DNA of 64,000 nt, taken from positions 186,001 through 250,000 of the forward strand of contig JAVKOQ020000031.1 in assembly GCA_031835245.2 (NCBI GenBank), in the 5' to 3' direction. The notes under the pieces were generated by a model. It was not told the origin of the DNA, made no database searches, and was given only the letters and a program-made list of their open reading frames with translations. A program made the translations under genes and the position numbers. This document shows, one piece after another, positions 11,130 through 24,748 of this stretch. The first letter of the stretch is position 1, and the number at the start of each line of letters is the position of its first letter. The stretch comes from Balamuthia mandrillaris (lineage: Eukaryota).

Positions 11130-12581
11130 ATGCAAGGCCCAACGTCTCACCACCGCAAGAAAGCCCTTCTCATAGGGATCAACTACTACGGCACCGAGCG
11201 CGAGCTCAAAGGCTGCCTCAACGACGTGAACAACATGTTCGCCTTCCTCTCCGCCAACGGCTTCCATCGGCAGGACATCCTCACGCTCACCGACAACCCC
11301 AGGCTGGCGCAGCTCAGCCTCGACCCTTACCACTCCCGCGCGGTGCTGCCCGAGGGGGAGGAGGAGGCACAGAGCAGCAGCGGGGAGGAGAGCGAAGGGG
11401 AGGAAGAGGGGGAGAGAAGCAGGGCAGGAGGCAAGGAGGACAAGAAGCAGAAGAAAGAGAAGAAGGACAAGAAGGAGAAGAAGGATAAAAAGGAGAAGAA
11501 GGGGGATAAGAAGGAGAAGAAGGAGAAGAAAGAGAAGAAGGGCAAGAAGAAACCTACTGCCCTGCAGTCCATGATGGAAATGAGCGGAGGTCCCAGCGGT
11601 GCGTTCCTCTTTATCTTTTTTATGCCTTGTTGTGGTTCTTGCTCTTCTTTTTGTTCTTGTCCTTCCGTTTCTTCTTTTTCTCCTTATTGTTCTTCTTGTT
11701 TCTTGCTTCTTGCTTCTTTTCCTTTTCCTTTTCTTTCATTCTCTAACTACTAACATACTTTTTACCTTCATGCTTTTCTACTACAGGAGGATACACGCAG
11801 CAGACGGTGATGCCAACTCGCGAGAACATCCTGAAAGCGATGGACTGGCTTGTTAGCGACAACAGACCAGGAGACACGCTGTTCTTCATGTACTCTGGGC
11901 ATGGTGGGCAAATCAAAGACGAAGACGGCGACGAAGCCGACGCGATGGATGAGGTACGTTCTCTTTCTTTCCTTCTTCTTCTTTATTGTTCTTGTTCTTT
12001 CTAACGCTTCACTAAAACAGCTGATCTTCCCATGCGACTGGAAGAGCAAGGGCTACATTCTGGATGACGAGCTGCACCAACGCATGGTCATGCCCATCCA
12101 CGAAGGGGTGAAGCTCCTCTGCTTCATGGACTGCTGCCATAGCGGCACCGGCATGGACCTGCCTTACGCATCTCAGGCCAAAGGCCCTAAGCCCAGCAAA
12201 GAGTCTCTTTTTAAGGCTCAGAAGGACAAGAAGGAGAAGAAAGACAAGAAGGACAAGAAGGAAAAAAAGGAGAAGACGAGCAAGAAGAGCAAAAAGAAGG
12301 GCGTGCTGAAGCATTCCAAGGGCACCACCGTTTGCTTCAGCGGCTGCGAGGACGCCCAGGTCTCTGCCGACATGAGCATGGGAGGAGACTACACCGGCGC
12401 CTTGACGCACTCCTTCACGCAGGTGATGAAGCGGAACTATGGCAAGCCGCCGCTGAGCTACAACGACCTACTCTATGCCATGCGGGACACGCTGCAGAGC
12501 GTGCAGAGGAACATCATCCAAACGCCTCAGCTGACCTACAACAAGAAGGACTTTGACCTCAACCAGCCGTTCTACTTCTAA
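11130..12581 (+). CDS. Type I-like metacaspase (peptidase C14); introns 11599-11786 and 11954-12020
   Basis: KKALLIGINY..LKGCLNDV, PTRENILKAMDWLV, catalytic YSGHG and DCCHSG, SGCEDAQVSAD, GALT, QTPQL. Confidence 0.93.
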
Positions 12582-12848
12582 ACGAAGCGCCTCTCCTTCT
12601 CTCTTTCTCTGTGGATTAATGCTCATTTCTTCTTGTGTGTTGCTTTTATCGCATTTGTTTAATAATAATCGTTGAGAATCGATAATAATTTATAATTTCT
12701 ATTTTTCGTTAATAATAGTTAAACAATCGTTGAATATCGATTTCTCGCGATTGCTTATACAAGTAACGATAAATTGGAATAATTGTTAATAATCGTCATG
12801 GTATAAAAAGATAACTGAAAATGCTATAACACAATAAAAGAAAAAGAA

Positions 12849-15800
12849 ATGTTCAGCAGCAGCGGGAGGCACGTCCGGCCCTCCCCTCACTCTCGCGCCC
12901 AAAAGCGGTCGTCAGCACCGCTCTCCTCCATAAAGTCCCCAGGCCAAGACTCGGATGCGACGGAGCCGGTGAGCGACCACCGCAAAAGGCTCGTAACGAA
13001 CGCCAAGAAGAAGACGAATGTGACCGAACCGTTGGTGGGAGACAAGCGGGCGGTGGTGGAGTTGGAGAGAGCCTGGAAGGAAGTGCGGTTGCAAAGGAAC
13101 ACCATCCTTCGGCTTTGTTCGGATGGGGGAAGTCGCAGCAATACGCCTCTCGCCTCGCCGCGACGACCGATCCTGAAGGCGCCGGCTGAACCCGTCAAAC
13201 AGCAACAACCAGCTTCGCCTTCTTCTTCTGCCTCTCCGCTTTCTTCTTCTGAGGTAACGAAACGACTTTTGCCTGTGTTTAGACGGCAACAACAACAGCG
13301 ACAGCAACAAGAAAAGAAAGAAGAAGCAGAGGATAAACCAACATTGTTGCCAGCACGACAGTTTGACTTTGCAGAGATTCGATCGATTTGGGTTAGACGA
13401 CAAACTGGCAGCAAGATCGAACGGCCTTCATCTCCTTCTTCTTCCTCTCCATCAACTTTAACAACTCAAAAGGAGGAAGGAAGAGAAGGAGAACAGGTTG
13501 ACAAAGCGAAACAAAAGGAGGACGCCACTGCGAGAAGCTCCGATGTGAAAGGCGTTCGTGTGGCTGCAAACTTCAAGTTTAGCGGCGAGAAACGACAGTT
13601 CCTTGCTGTAATATCTTTTTTCTGCTCTTCCTTCATTCTTCGTTCTTGTTTCTTCGTTCTTCTTCTCTTTCTTCTAACGTATCAACATAACAGGAAGCAA
13701 AACAAGGAGGAAAAGGACAAGAGGAGGAGAAGCAAGATGCAGGTCTTCAGCTATCCGCTTATTTCGTGCCAGCCTCGCCTCCCGTTCGGTCCCGGCGCTC
13801 CTACAAGTCTCCTTTTCAACATAAGGACGAAGGCACGGAAAAAGAAGAGCAACAAGAGGACGGTGCAGATGAGCTGACAAAGCAAACACAATCGGCTCCT
13901 GACCTCTGGATGTTTCGAGGAGGCAGGACTAGCCTGCATTCAGCTGTTCGAGATAGAAATGTTCAGAAACTACGTTCGCTACTATCTGCTCATCCTCAAC
14001 ACGTTTCCAAACGTAAGTTCTCCTTCTTTCTTTGTTGTTAGAAACTGACTCACGGCTAACAACCGAAATATAGAGGATGAGAAAGGATGGAGCGCATTGC
14101 ACATCGCTTGTGCCAATGCTCAACTCGACATCGTTCGACTGCTCCTGCAACAACCTCCTCACAACGACTCTGAGAATGAGGAGAACCAAAAGAAAGAAAA
14201 GCAGAAGACGGATGACGACGATTCAACAAACAATATCAGAGCAGATCTGCTGAGCGTTACAAATGAGGAACAAGCAACGGCATTGCATTACTTTGCAGGT
14301 AGCGTACCAACTGACAAAGCTTTAGGCCATTCGTGGTGGAGTCTTTACGAGAGTCTTCTGCGCACGATGGTGAGAATGATGAACGGAGGAGAAGGAGATG
14401 ATCAACAACGGTTTCTGGATAAGAATGGAGAGACGCCATTGCATTGGGCTGCCAGGAGCGGCGTGGTGCGAGCAGTTAGAGCGCTTCTTGTGGCCCAAGC
14501 AGATCCCAATGGTCGTAACAGGTACATTTGTCCAACCTTCTTCCTTTGTTCGCTTTTTGTTTATTTGCTGTTTGGTGTTAAACACATGCAGGGAAGGAGA
14601 AACATGTCTTCACATAGCAGCACGAAAAGGCGACAGAGAGATGGTGCGGTTACTGTTGGCTTATGGCATCGACGCAAGCCTACAAAACCAAAAAACACAA
14701 ACAGCAAACCAAGTGGCCTTACAAGAAGGTCGACTGGGCATTTATGAGATGTTGGGAGGAGGAGGTGATAAAGAAAGTGGCCTGAAGGTTAAAGTGACGG
14801 AAGAGAACGTCAGACGCTGTCAACGGATTGTGCGACGTTGGTTGAACCATAGGACTAGTCTCTTAGCAATTGGTAAGATACTTCTTCCGTTCTTGTTTTC
14901 TTTGTTTTGTTTTAGTTTTTTTGAAGACTAACCACTCACAATAAAAGCCAGTAAATATGGTCAACATAAAGAGGCCAGTTTTGGGAGGAAGCGCTATAGA
15001 GCCCTTCACGAAATCCTGGAGAGCCAAGAGAGATACACTGGCTACCTTCGTATTCTCGTTGATGTAAATCATTTCTTTTCCTTCTTCTTCTTCTTTTCCT
15101 TCCTGCTTCTCTTCACCTCGTCTCAGTTTTCGTTCTTTCTAAATGCTGCTTTTGATAGTGTTTTGTGAAACCGTTTCAACAAGAGGCACAAAGGGAAGGA
15201 GGAGCCGTCACCAAGGAAGAAGTCCAAACTATCTTTTCCAACATTCAAAGCATTCTGATTCTGAGCGAATCGATGCAAAGCACGCTCGCTGAACGTCTCA
15301 ACTCTCGTTATTCTCATGATAAGCCTATTGGTCGTTATTTTTCACAAATGGTTCGTTCTAGAATCTACAACTTCTTTTCGCTTCTCTTCTTTAAAGCTTT
15401 GCATTGTCCCCCAACAGGCACCAGCTCTAAAACTGTACTCGACGTTTATATGTAACTTTGATGAAGCTTCAAAGACTTTGAGGATCGTCAAACAACGACC
15501 ACAAGCGCAAACGTTGATAAAGGTTTTATTCCCATCTATCTTTTGTAAAACTTCGCGACTCTTTGCTTTCTTCTGATATGTATAAACGTTTCATAAAGCA
15601 ATGTGAGAGCATGATACAAGGTGCGAATCAAGCGTTGGAGTCGTACCTCATTATGCCTGTACAGCAAGTGCCCAAGTATCGACTATTACTCGAGGCATAT
15701 TCTTCTTCGTCTTCTTCATCTTCTTGTTCTTCTTCCTCTTCTTCTTCTTGTTATTCTTCTTCTTCTTCCGCTTCGTGTTAAATTCTTGTTCTTTATTGTC

Positions 15801-16646
15801 TAAATCCAAAAGGAAGTGATCAGGTATACACCATCAGAGCACATAGACTACGACAGCATTAGCGCTGCTCTCCAAGACATAAAAGAAGTTTTGGAGCTAC
15901 TCAACTCTATCAGTCTTGACGTGGAAGCAAAGCGCAAGATAAAAGAATGCGAGAAAAAGATCGTTTTTGATGAACGTCAACTTCGAACTTGGGTTTATAT
16001 CTTCTTACTCGGCTTCATCCATTCTTCCGCTTTTTATAACTGCTTTTCTTGTCTTCTTTTCCTTCCTTCAGCAAAAAGGAGCTTTTGAAGAGCGAAGATA
16101 CATTGGAGAGGGAACTTGGGTGCCGGTGAAGATTAAAGAGGATTTGGAGTTGCTGCCTCTGGAAAAGCTGTCCTCAAGACTCAACAAAACGAGTGTCTAC
16201 GCCTTCATCTTCAACGACGTAATTGTGATAACAACCGGAAACAAAGCGAGTTCAAAGTACATTGCACGACACGTTCTTCGTTTGGAAAAGATCGAATTAG
16301 ATTTGTTCACCATAGAACACATTGGAGGTTTGCTCCTCTTCTTCTTTGCTTCTTTGCTACTTTCGTCTGACGTTGCAAAAAACCGAAAGGAGAAAAAACG
16401 GTAAGTCTTCGTTTGTTGCAGCGAAGAAAAATGCACAAGTTTATACTGGGTACCACGGAAGAGGAGAACCTCGCCATGAAAGACCTCATCGAACGGCTCT
16501 TCAACTGGCAATCGATGCCCACCGTCGAGGCCCTCACGGTGGAAGGCTACCAAGCCCTCATCGCCGTAGAGACCGAAATGGCTGAAACGCAGGGAACGGG
16601 TTCTCAAATACTCGAGCACACAACAGCGAAAGAAGGTCATGATTAA
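12849..16646 (+). CDS. Multi-exon ankyrin-repeat + IQ + RhoGEF (DH) + PH protein
   Basis: ANK motifs (GRTSLHSAV, GETPLHWAA, GETCLHIAA); IQ-like CQRIVRRW; DH motifs (EILESQERYTGYL, IFSNIQSIL, LESYLIMPVQQVPKYRLLLE); PH-like YAFIFNDVIVIT. Start uncertain. Confidence 0.82.
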
Positions 16647-16740
16647 CCTTCCATTGCTATAACGACATTATCACTTTGTATGTAAGTTACAGCCTCTCTA
16701 GTGTTATTATAAGTTACCCTTTTATGTTATTTTTATGTTT

Positions 16741-17799
16741 TTACACCAAAGGAAAGCTAGCAAGGTTAGCTATGCCACAGATATTAACACCCCTTAGCAT
16801 CTTGGCATAGCCATCCATGCCCCATCCCTTGCCCCAACTGTTCTTTATGATCCAATAGGCCGTGCCAGTGGCCTCCTCTCTGCCATAGCCCACCACCAAC
16901 ACCGCATGATTCAGCCCCACTCGGCTGCACTCGTGTTGCGGGTCCTGGTAGATGCCGCTGGAGTAGAACTGAAAGGCCTTGGGGCTGCTATCGATGGCCA
17001 CGCTGACAGGGCCGTAGGTGGCTACCGCCAGCTGTAACGCCTTTTCGCTGCCTCTCGGCAGGATTGTGTAGTTTTGCAGCGACGTGACAATGGAGCTCTT
17101 CCCCACGAGCTCTGTTCTACAGATACTTCTAGTGCCTTCGTAGGGATATCTGCGTTCCGCCTGAAGGCCACCTTTCTTTCTGATGAAGGCGTAGGCCAGG
17201 CTCATGGTGCCTCCCTTGCAGCCTCTTTGGCGAAGGTCGCAGTCCACAAGTTGTTGCTCGGAGAGTTCGGTGAGAGGGTTGCCGGCGATGGCATTGGCAG
17301 CCTCCAAAGCGCCGGTTGTGGCAAAGGACCAGCAGGAGCCACAGCTGCCTTGGTTCTTGATGGGTGTGATGACGCCTTTGGACCGCCAGTCGAGCTCAGT
17401 GGGAAGCTTGGAGAGGAGATTGTCGTAGAAGCGGCTTTCGTTTTCGTTGTGAGCGGTGGAAGAGGAAAAAAGGTGAGAAGGAAAGTTGACAAGGGTATGC
17501 CAAGGATGATGAAAAGGAGAAACAAAGCTTTCTTTGGGCTCTTCGTCCAGGAAGCCATTGTGGTGCATAGAGTTGAAATTGACAGAGGAGAAATGGATAA
17601 AGTGGTTCGAAGCGACTGTAAAACCCAACGTGGGAGCTTTTTCCTTGTTGAACTCCTCAATCCATCGCAGGTTCTCGTCGACAGCAGGGCTCGGCGTTGA
17701 AATGATGTTGCGTTCGGCCATCCTTGCGATTGCAGGAGAAACCACGAAGGTTCCAACCAAGACAGCGCATAGGAAACTGAACGCAGTGCTCGTGTTCAT
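16741..17799 (-). CDS. Papain-family (cathepsin L-like) cysteine protease precursor, intronless
   Basis: Signal peptide, LDWRSKG, QGSCGSCWSF, LSEQQLVDC, NHAVLVVGYG, YWIIKNSWG. Confidence 0.95.
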   Translation of the reverse strand: MNTSTAFSFLCAVLVGTFVVSPAIARMAERNIISTPSPAVDENLRWIEEFNKEKAPTLGFTVASNHFIHFSSVNFNSMHHNGFLDEEPKESFVSPFHHPWHTLVNFPSHLFSSSTAHNENESRFYDNLLSKLPTELDWRSKGVITPIKNQGSCGSCWSFATTGALEAANAIAGNPLTELSEQQLVDCDLRQRGCKGGTMSLAYAFIRKKGGLQAERRYPYEGTRSICRTELVGKSSIVTSLQNYTILPRGSEKALQLAVATYGPVSVAIDSSPKAFQFYSSGIYQDPQHECSRVGLNHAVLVVGYGREEATGTAYWIIKNSWGKGWGMDGYAKMLRGVNICGIANLASFPLV

Positions 17800-18249
17800 G
17801 TGTCTCCTCTGCTCCCTTTCCTCCTTCTAATGTACCTGCTGCTGGTTAACCCTGTTGCAAGGGTTGCTATATAGCAAGTCCAAATATGGAAATCATGCGA
17901 CTCTTCGTTCATTTATTCTTCTTGTTTTGTTCAAAACCAAGAAAGGCGAGGAGGGATGAGATAGGAGAAAAGGAATCGGAAAAAATTTGAGGGAGAGGGA
18001 AAGAAAGGGAAAAAGACAAAAATCTGTATCCTCTGCAGTTGCGACAGTTCAAGCCAGTGGTTTGGCTTCTGCCAAAGCACGCAATCTCTTTGCTCTTCTT
18101 GTATTAGTTGATTGCAGAGGATCCTCGATTTAGACTGCGTGATTGGAGTTCCATCAACGCCATCAAAGAGATTCACAACACACTCTAAACGAGATGAAAC
18201 AAGCAGAAGTTTCTGCCACAAGAAGGGCAACGACAGCAACAAGATGAAG

Positions 18250-18520
18250 AGGGAGAGGGAGAGGAAGAGGAAGAGGAAGAGGAAGAGGAAGAGGAAGAGG
18301 AAGAGGAAGAGGAAGAGGAAGAGGAAGAGGAAGAGGAAGAGAAAAGAGGAAGAGGAAGAGAAGAGGAAGAGGAAGAGGAAGAGGAAGAGGAAGAGGAAGA
18401 GGAAGAGGAAGAGGAAGAGGAAGAGGAAGAGGAAGAGGAAGAGGAAGAGGAAGAGGAAGAGGAAGAGGAAGAGGAAGAGGAAGAGGAAGAGGAAGAGGAA
18501 GAGGAAGAGGAAGAGGAAGA
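18250..18520. repeat. (GAAGAG)n hexanucleotide microsatellite, intergenic
   Basis: Directly visible. Confidence 0.9.
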
Positions 18521-18646
18521 AGAAGCACAAGAACAAGAAGAACGAAGAACGAAGAACAAACAAAGAATGAAGAAGAACCAGAAGAACATGTAAGCGACCT
18601 CTCTTCTCTCCTCTTTCTGTTTCTTTCTCTTCTAATGCTTGTTTCT

Positions 18647-20429
18647 TTACTCCCACCAAAAGCTAACAGAAAAGCTGATGCTGAGGGACCGAACGTAGTG
18701 CCAGTGCTTTGGAGGGATGTAGAGCATCTCTCCTGCTTCCAAAATGCATTCGGTATATTCTGCTTCGGCAAAGAGAGGAAACCGCTCCAGGTTTGGTTCC
18801 TCAACAGCAACCTTTTTGGAAAACATCTTAGCAATCATAGAGAGAGCGCGAGAAAGAAAGAAAGAAACGACAAGAAACGACAAGAAAGAAACGACAAGAA
18901 AGAAAGAACGAAAGAAAGAAAGAAAGAAACGACAAGAAAGAAACGACAAGAAAGAAACGACAAGAAAGAAAGCAAGAAAGAAAGAAAGAAAGAAAGAGAC
19001 GACAAGAGACGACAAGAAAGAAACGACAAGAGAGAGAGAGAGAATTACTGAAATGAGAAATAAGAAGAGAACGAGAGTAGATAAAAGAGAACACAATAGG
19101 AAACAAGAAAACCATACTGAGAGAACGAAAGAAGAAGAGAAAGAAGGGAAGAAATACCTGACTCGTATTAAAAAGCATGGTAGAGGGATGCGGATAAAGC
19201 TTCGGGGATTCCTTGACAGAGTACAACCGAATGTACTTCCGGCCGACCACTTGCGCCAACAAGTTATGGTAAGGATCGTGATGCAACGGCGAGACCGTTC
19301 CTTCCGGCCCAAACCAACAATGAATGACCAACTTACGTTCTGTTTCTTCTTCCTCCTCTTCCTCCCCATTCATCTTTTCTTCAGAGACAGATAACGCACA
19401 GTAGTCAGGCAACCGAATGTCACCATAGAGCTCAGGTATCTGTTCAAACAGTTGCGTTTGTGCCAAATATCCGATTTTTCCACCTTCTTCTCCTTCCTCA
19501 TCTTCCTTTCCATCCTCCTTTGGTACCTGGAGAACATAGTCATCCACAAACTGGTCAAAGGTCATGAGACGTTGGCTCCAATCTTCCTCCAAGTAGGTGC
19601 TGCCGATCTCCACAGGAACTGTCCTACATCCAGCCACCCTCTTGAGGTATTCCAGGTTGCTCCAACGCCTTTGCTCATCCTGAAGGGCTGGCCATGTGTC
19701 CATTAGCCCGGTCACGATCACTGGTCTTTCTTTGCTCATAAAGTCTTTGTAGAAACGTTCCAAGGAAGGCACATGAACTCTTTCAATGCCGCACTTGGAG
19801 TTCAGCGCTGGCGGTCCTCCTTTGGTTGTGGTTCTTTTGAGGCTTCGTGTCGCTCCATCCGTCGCGTTGGTTCTAGTTCTCGCTTTCTTCTTCGTGTGGT
19901 TTGTTGCTGCTTCGCTCGTTTCATTCTTCTCTTCTTCTTCTTTGAGCTTTTGTTGGGTGAAGGAGATGAGATCCTCAAAGGCCTTTCTTGGGACAGAGCA
20001 AGCCGGCCCAGCCATGAGCAAGGCTAGGTCCAGAGTTCTCATGATGGATTTGCAGTGAGCAACAGTGAAGGTGGAGGTGGCAGCTTGCGAAGAACTGGAA
20101 GGCAAGAAGAGTTGGCAGTAGGCTTTCAGGAAAGCGCTCCAGCCATAGACTTGGCGCCACGCAGGAGAGACGTCCTTCCAATTGCCGTGATGCAACTTCT
20201 CCCAGCTCAACTCTAAAAGGTCTTCGATGGTGTCTTGGATGTTCGCTTGCTGTTCGGAGGGTTTATGGGTGGCTTGTTGAGCTTTGAGAGCGGCCAGACA
20301 GTTAGCCAGAGACAGAAAGGAAGAGTCATCACCAAGTTCCAATAGTTCTATTTGTTATTTGTTTAAGGGCTGTAAGCCTCCGATTCACTTTGTTCTGTGA
20401 TAAGCGAGAGAGAGAGAGAAGAGAGAGAG

Positions 20430-20522
<93 letters not shown>

Positions 20523-20541
20523 AGAGAAAGGAGAGAGAAGA

Positions 20542-20579
<38 letters not shown>

Positions 20580-20660
20580 AAGAACCAACCCACCTTTCTC
20601 TAACGTGTCTGGGAGCGGGTCCTCCGGCAAGGGAATCGATGGCCGCCATTCCGCTTGCAT
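18647..20660 (-). CDS. JMJD5: JmjC-domain protein JMJD5/KDM8-like; introns ~20349-20593 and 18812-19157
   Basis: [97 protein letters not shown]. Exon 1 ([10 protein letters not shown]...) splices in frame. Confidence 0.9.
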
Positions 20661-20867
20661 TCTGTGGCGATAAATTTCGTGACGACACGACAGCGATGAC
20701 ATCCTCCGTTTTTGACATTTTTTGCGTTCCCTACATTCCAATCATTCCAAACTTTAGGGAACTACTCCTCATGTGATTGTCGACACAAATCAGGCGAAGA
20801 AGAAAGAAAAAAAGAAGAAAGAGAGAGAAGGAGAGCGCAACGACACCGCACACACACACGAACCAAC

Positions 20868-21479
20868 ATGAAAACGGGGCAAGGGAGCGGCAAGGCTGCG
20901 CGTGGGAAGAAAAAGAACTACGACAAGAAGCAAGGAGTTTTGTTGCCAGCGGAGGAGGAGGAGCTGATCTCACAACAAAAACAACAACAACACTCGCGGA
21001 AGCGGAAACAAAAGGCAGAGGAAGAAGCCCCGCCGGAGGCGGAGGAACCGGCTCTCCTCAAGGAGGACGCTGTTTTGGGCGAGGACGAAGGCGACCTCTC
21101 CAGCGACGAGGGCGAGTTTTTTCGCGAGGTGACAGCGGAGCAGTGGTTCAACGGCGGAGCGGAGGAGGAGGAGGCGGAGGACGTCTTTGCGGAGGAGGCG
21201 GAGGATGACCAGGACAACGCCGAGGCGACCAGCGAACATGGAGACGTGGAGAGCGAGGATGAGGAATACTCGGACGACGAGGCGCATGAGCGGCTGAGCG
21301 AAGAGAACTTTCAGAAGCTGCGCGCCTTCTTGACCCGTGACGACGCACCCGAGTCGGAAGAATCGGATGATGAGGTGACGCTTCTTTTGTTTTTTTGCCT
21401 TTTACCCTCTTCCCTACCTTATGCTTCGCTCCTTTCGCTTCTCATCTCTTGCTTCTCTGCTGTCTGCTCTCTGCTGTTT

Positions 21480-21531
<52 letters not shown>

Positions 21532-22989
21532 GCTCTCTCTCTCCCCGCTCGCTCCATTCTCCTCCTGCTATAAACACAACGCTAACCCATGATGATAAAA
21601 GACGGAGAATACGATAGGAAACGTTCCTCTCGAATGGTATAAAGACTATGACCACATCGGCTATGACCAGGAAGGCCGCAAGATCATGAAGAGCCAAGGC
21701 AAGGACGCCCTCGACCGCTTCCTGGATCGCAGCGACGACCCTAATTACTGGTTCGCTTCTTTTGCGTTCTTTCTTCTTCTCTTTCTTTTCTTTCTCCTCG
21801 TTCGCTCATCATTTGCTGAACCAGGCGAACTGTCTATGATGAATACAATGACAAAGAGGTTGTGCTTAGCAAGAAAGACCTCCTCATGATCAGAAGAATG
21901 AAAGAGGGCAAGTTCCCCGATCCAAGCTTTGATCCCTACGCGGTTCGTTGAAAGCAACTTTCTTACTCGTTTCTTTATTGTTCTTCTCATTCTTACTTTC
22001 GTTTTCCATAACCGTTGGTAAACGGTGTAGCCCTGGGAAGAGTCAGATGAGCCGCCACGCATTCACCCTCTCACCAACAAACCGGAGCCTAAGAGCCGCT
22101 TCCTTCCTTCTAAATGGGAGGCTAAACGAGTACTGTCCTATCTTCCTTTATTATTTGCCTTCAGCTTTTCTCTCTTGCTCTCGCTCTCGCTCTCTCTCGC
22201 TCTCGCTCCTCCTGTATTCTTATTTACTCCTTCGTTTTTATTAACAACATAAATGAAACTCAACATTTTAAAAAAAGGTGGCTTATTTGGTCAAAGCCAT
22301 CAAGAAAGGATGGCTCAAAATCGGCAAAGATGCAAAGACAAAGGAAGCTCCTCGCTTCTACGACATTTGGGCGACCCCCAACGAAGAAGCTGAAAAGATG
22401 AAACGAACTCTTCAGCATTTGCCACCACCTAAACTGAAAATGCCAGGTTTTTTTGCTTTATCCTTTTTGTGTTCTTTTTTTCCATTGGCACAAGAGAATC
22501 TAACTAGGAATACTATTAAAGGTCATGACGAGTCCTACAATCCTCCTGAAGAATATCTGCCCTCTGAAAGTGAGATTAAAGCTTGGGAAGATTTGGACCC
22601 TGAAGACAGACCTAAAAACTATCTTCCACAAAAGTGCGTTACATCTCTCATAAAAATGCTTTGCATCGCTAACAAAATAATTATTTCTTTCTCCATCTGG
22701 CTTTTTCTTTGTATGTCGAAAAGGTTTGACGCTTTACGTCACGTGCCAGCCTATTCTCGATTCATTCACGAACGCTTTGAACGTTGTCTGGACTTGTACT
22801 TGGTACCTCGTGTGGCTGACACGCGAGTCAAAGTAGATCCTAAAACCATTTTGCCGACGTTACCAAAGAGAGAGGACTTGCGTCCCTTCCCTGTGCGCTT
22901 GGGCTTGGTGTTCGAGGGTCACACCGCAAAGATTCGCAGCATCTCCGTTTCTCCCTCTGGCGAATACATTGTCTCTGGTATGTCGTTTT

Positions 22990-23038
<49 letters not shown>

Positions 23039-24508
23039 CCCCCCCTCTCTTTCTCTCCTCTGATTCTTTGTTATCGTTTAACGTTAATTTATTGCCTTAA
23101 CAAAAAAGGTTCTGACGACTGTACCGTTCGTGTATGGGAGGTTTCCACTGGTCGTTGCTACAGAAAGTGGAAAGTAGGTTCAGTGGTGCATGCTGTAGCA
23201 TGGAATCCCAATCCTGATGTCGATATCATTGCTGTTGCCGTGTACGTCTTCTCTCTTCGTTTCGTTTCCTCTCTTTGTTTCTGTTGAATTATCATTTTCC
23301 TTTTTATTTCTCATTCTTTACTTCTCTCTTTGATTCTAGAGAGGACAACAAAGTGCTGCTCATGAATGCGGAGACAGGAAGTGCTGAGAGATGGGAGAAG
23401 ACACAGTCTGTCCTGCGATTGAGCGAAGAGAAGCAAGAGAAAGGAAAGACGGCCGGTCCCAAACGAGGCAAACGCAAAGGCGGCTTGCATCCTGCCATTT
23501 GGAGATGGCCTCACGAAGAAGAACTTTTGGAAAGCGAAGAAGAAGATGATGAACATAAAGAAGGAGAAGCAGAAGGAGATGCTACTGCGAAAGAGGAGAA
23601 AGAAGCGCAGAAAAAGGCGGAGGCATTGGGACGCGATGTTTCTAAGATTGATAAGCGGATCAGTCTTGTCCTTTCCTTCACGCACGTACGTCCTATACTT
23701 TGTTCTCTTCTTCCTCCTTCCTTTTTAATCTTTCTCCTCGCTTCCTTCTAACCCACCAAAACCAAAGGCGGTGAACCGATTGACTTGGCACAGAAAAGGA
23801 GACTATTTGGCGACTGTGGCTCCGATGGCGGCTAAGGACTCCATTCTCATCCATCAGCTCTCCAAGAAACGCACCCAAAACCCCTTTAAACGAACCAAGG
23901 GCCAAGTCCAGGACGTCGCCTTCCATCCCACCAAACCTTTCTTCTTTGTCGCCACTCAAAGATGTACGCTCTTTCTTCTGCCGTTTTTTCCTCTTCTTTT
24001 TTTTTAACCACAACGCAAAACAATAACCACAACAACAGACGTTCGTGTATACGACCTCCTCAAACAGCAACTCGCCAAGAAGCTGATGCCCGGCGTGAAA
24101 TGGATAGCCTCCATCGAGGTCCACCCCAAAGGCGACAACATTCTGGTCAGCAGCTACGACCGCCGCCTCTGCTGGTTCGACCTGGACCTCAGCAACAAGC
24201 CCTACAAGGTGCTGCGGCACCACCGCCGCGCCGTGCGTCAGGGCTGCTTCCACCCGGCCGCCGGCTCTCGCTACCCCCTCTTCGCCAGCTGCTCCGACGA
24301 CGGCTTTGTCTACGTCTTCCACGGCATGGTCTACGATGACCTCATGCAAAACCCCCTCATAGTGCCGCTGAAGAGGCTGAAGGCGATGACCCAGCAGGAG
24401 ACGGCCCAGAACGAGGGCTTGGGCGTGTTGGACTGTGTGTTCCACCCTAAGCAGCCGTGGTTGTTTTGTGCGGGTGCCGATGCGTGCGTTCAGTTGTGGA
24501 CACCGTGA
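20868..24508 (+). CDS. BOP1: Ribosome biogenesis protein BOP1/Erb1 (BOP1NT + WD40), multi-exon
   Basis: [86 protein letters not shown]. Confidence 0.95.
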
Positions 24509-24748
24509 AGAGACCAAAAAACAAAAAAAACAAAACAAAACAAAACAAATGAGGAACGTTTTTCTTATTTTTTTTTGTTATTTACACGAAACGACGTTTG
24601 TTTGATTTTTAATTGGTTGTTGTTAATATTCTGAATTTCGATTGGTTACCTTGCTTTAATTAATTTCTCAGAAATCACCTCTGCCGTGGAAACACAAGGA
24701 AGGCGCAATCATAAAACAAGTGCTTTTGGTATCAGCGGGCAACAACAA

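Noticed and set aside
17931..18834. Long poly-RK, poly-FL, poly-S and poly-LP ORFs in the track
   Set aside because: These are translations of the (GAAGAG)n microsatellite. The same applies to similar ORFs at ~2925-3170, 20390-20776 and 28535-29040.
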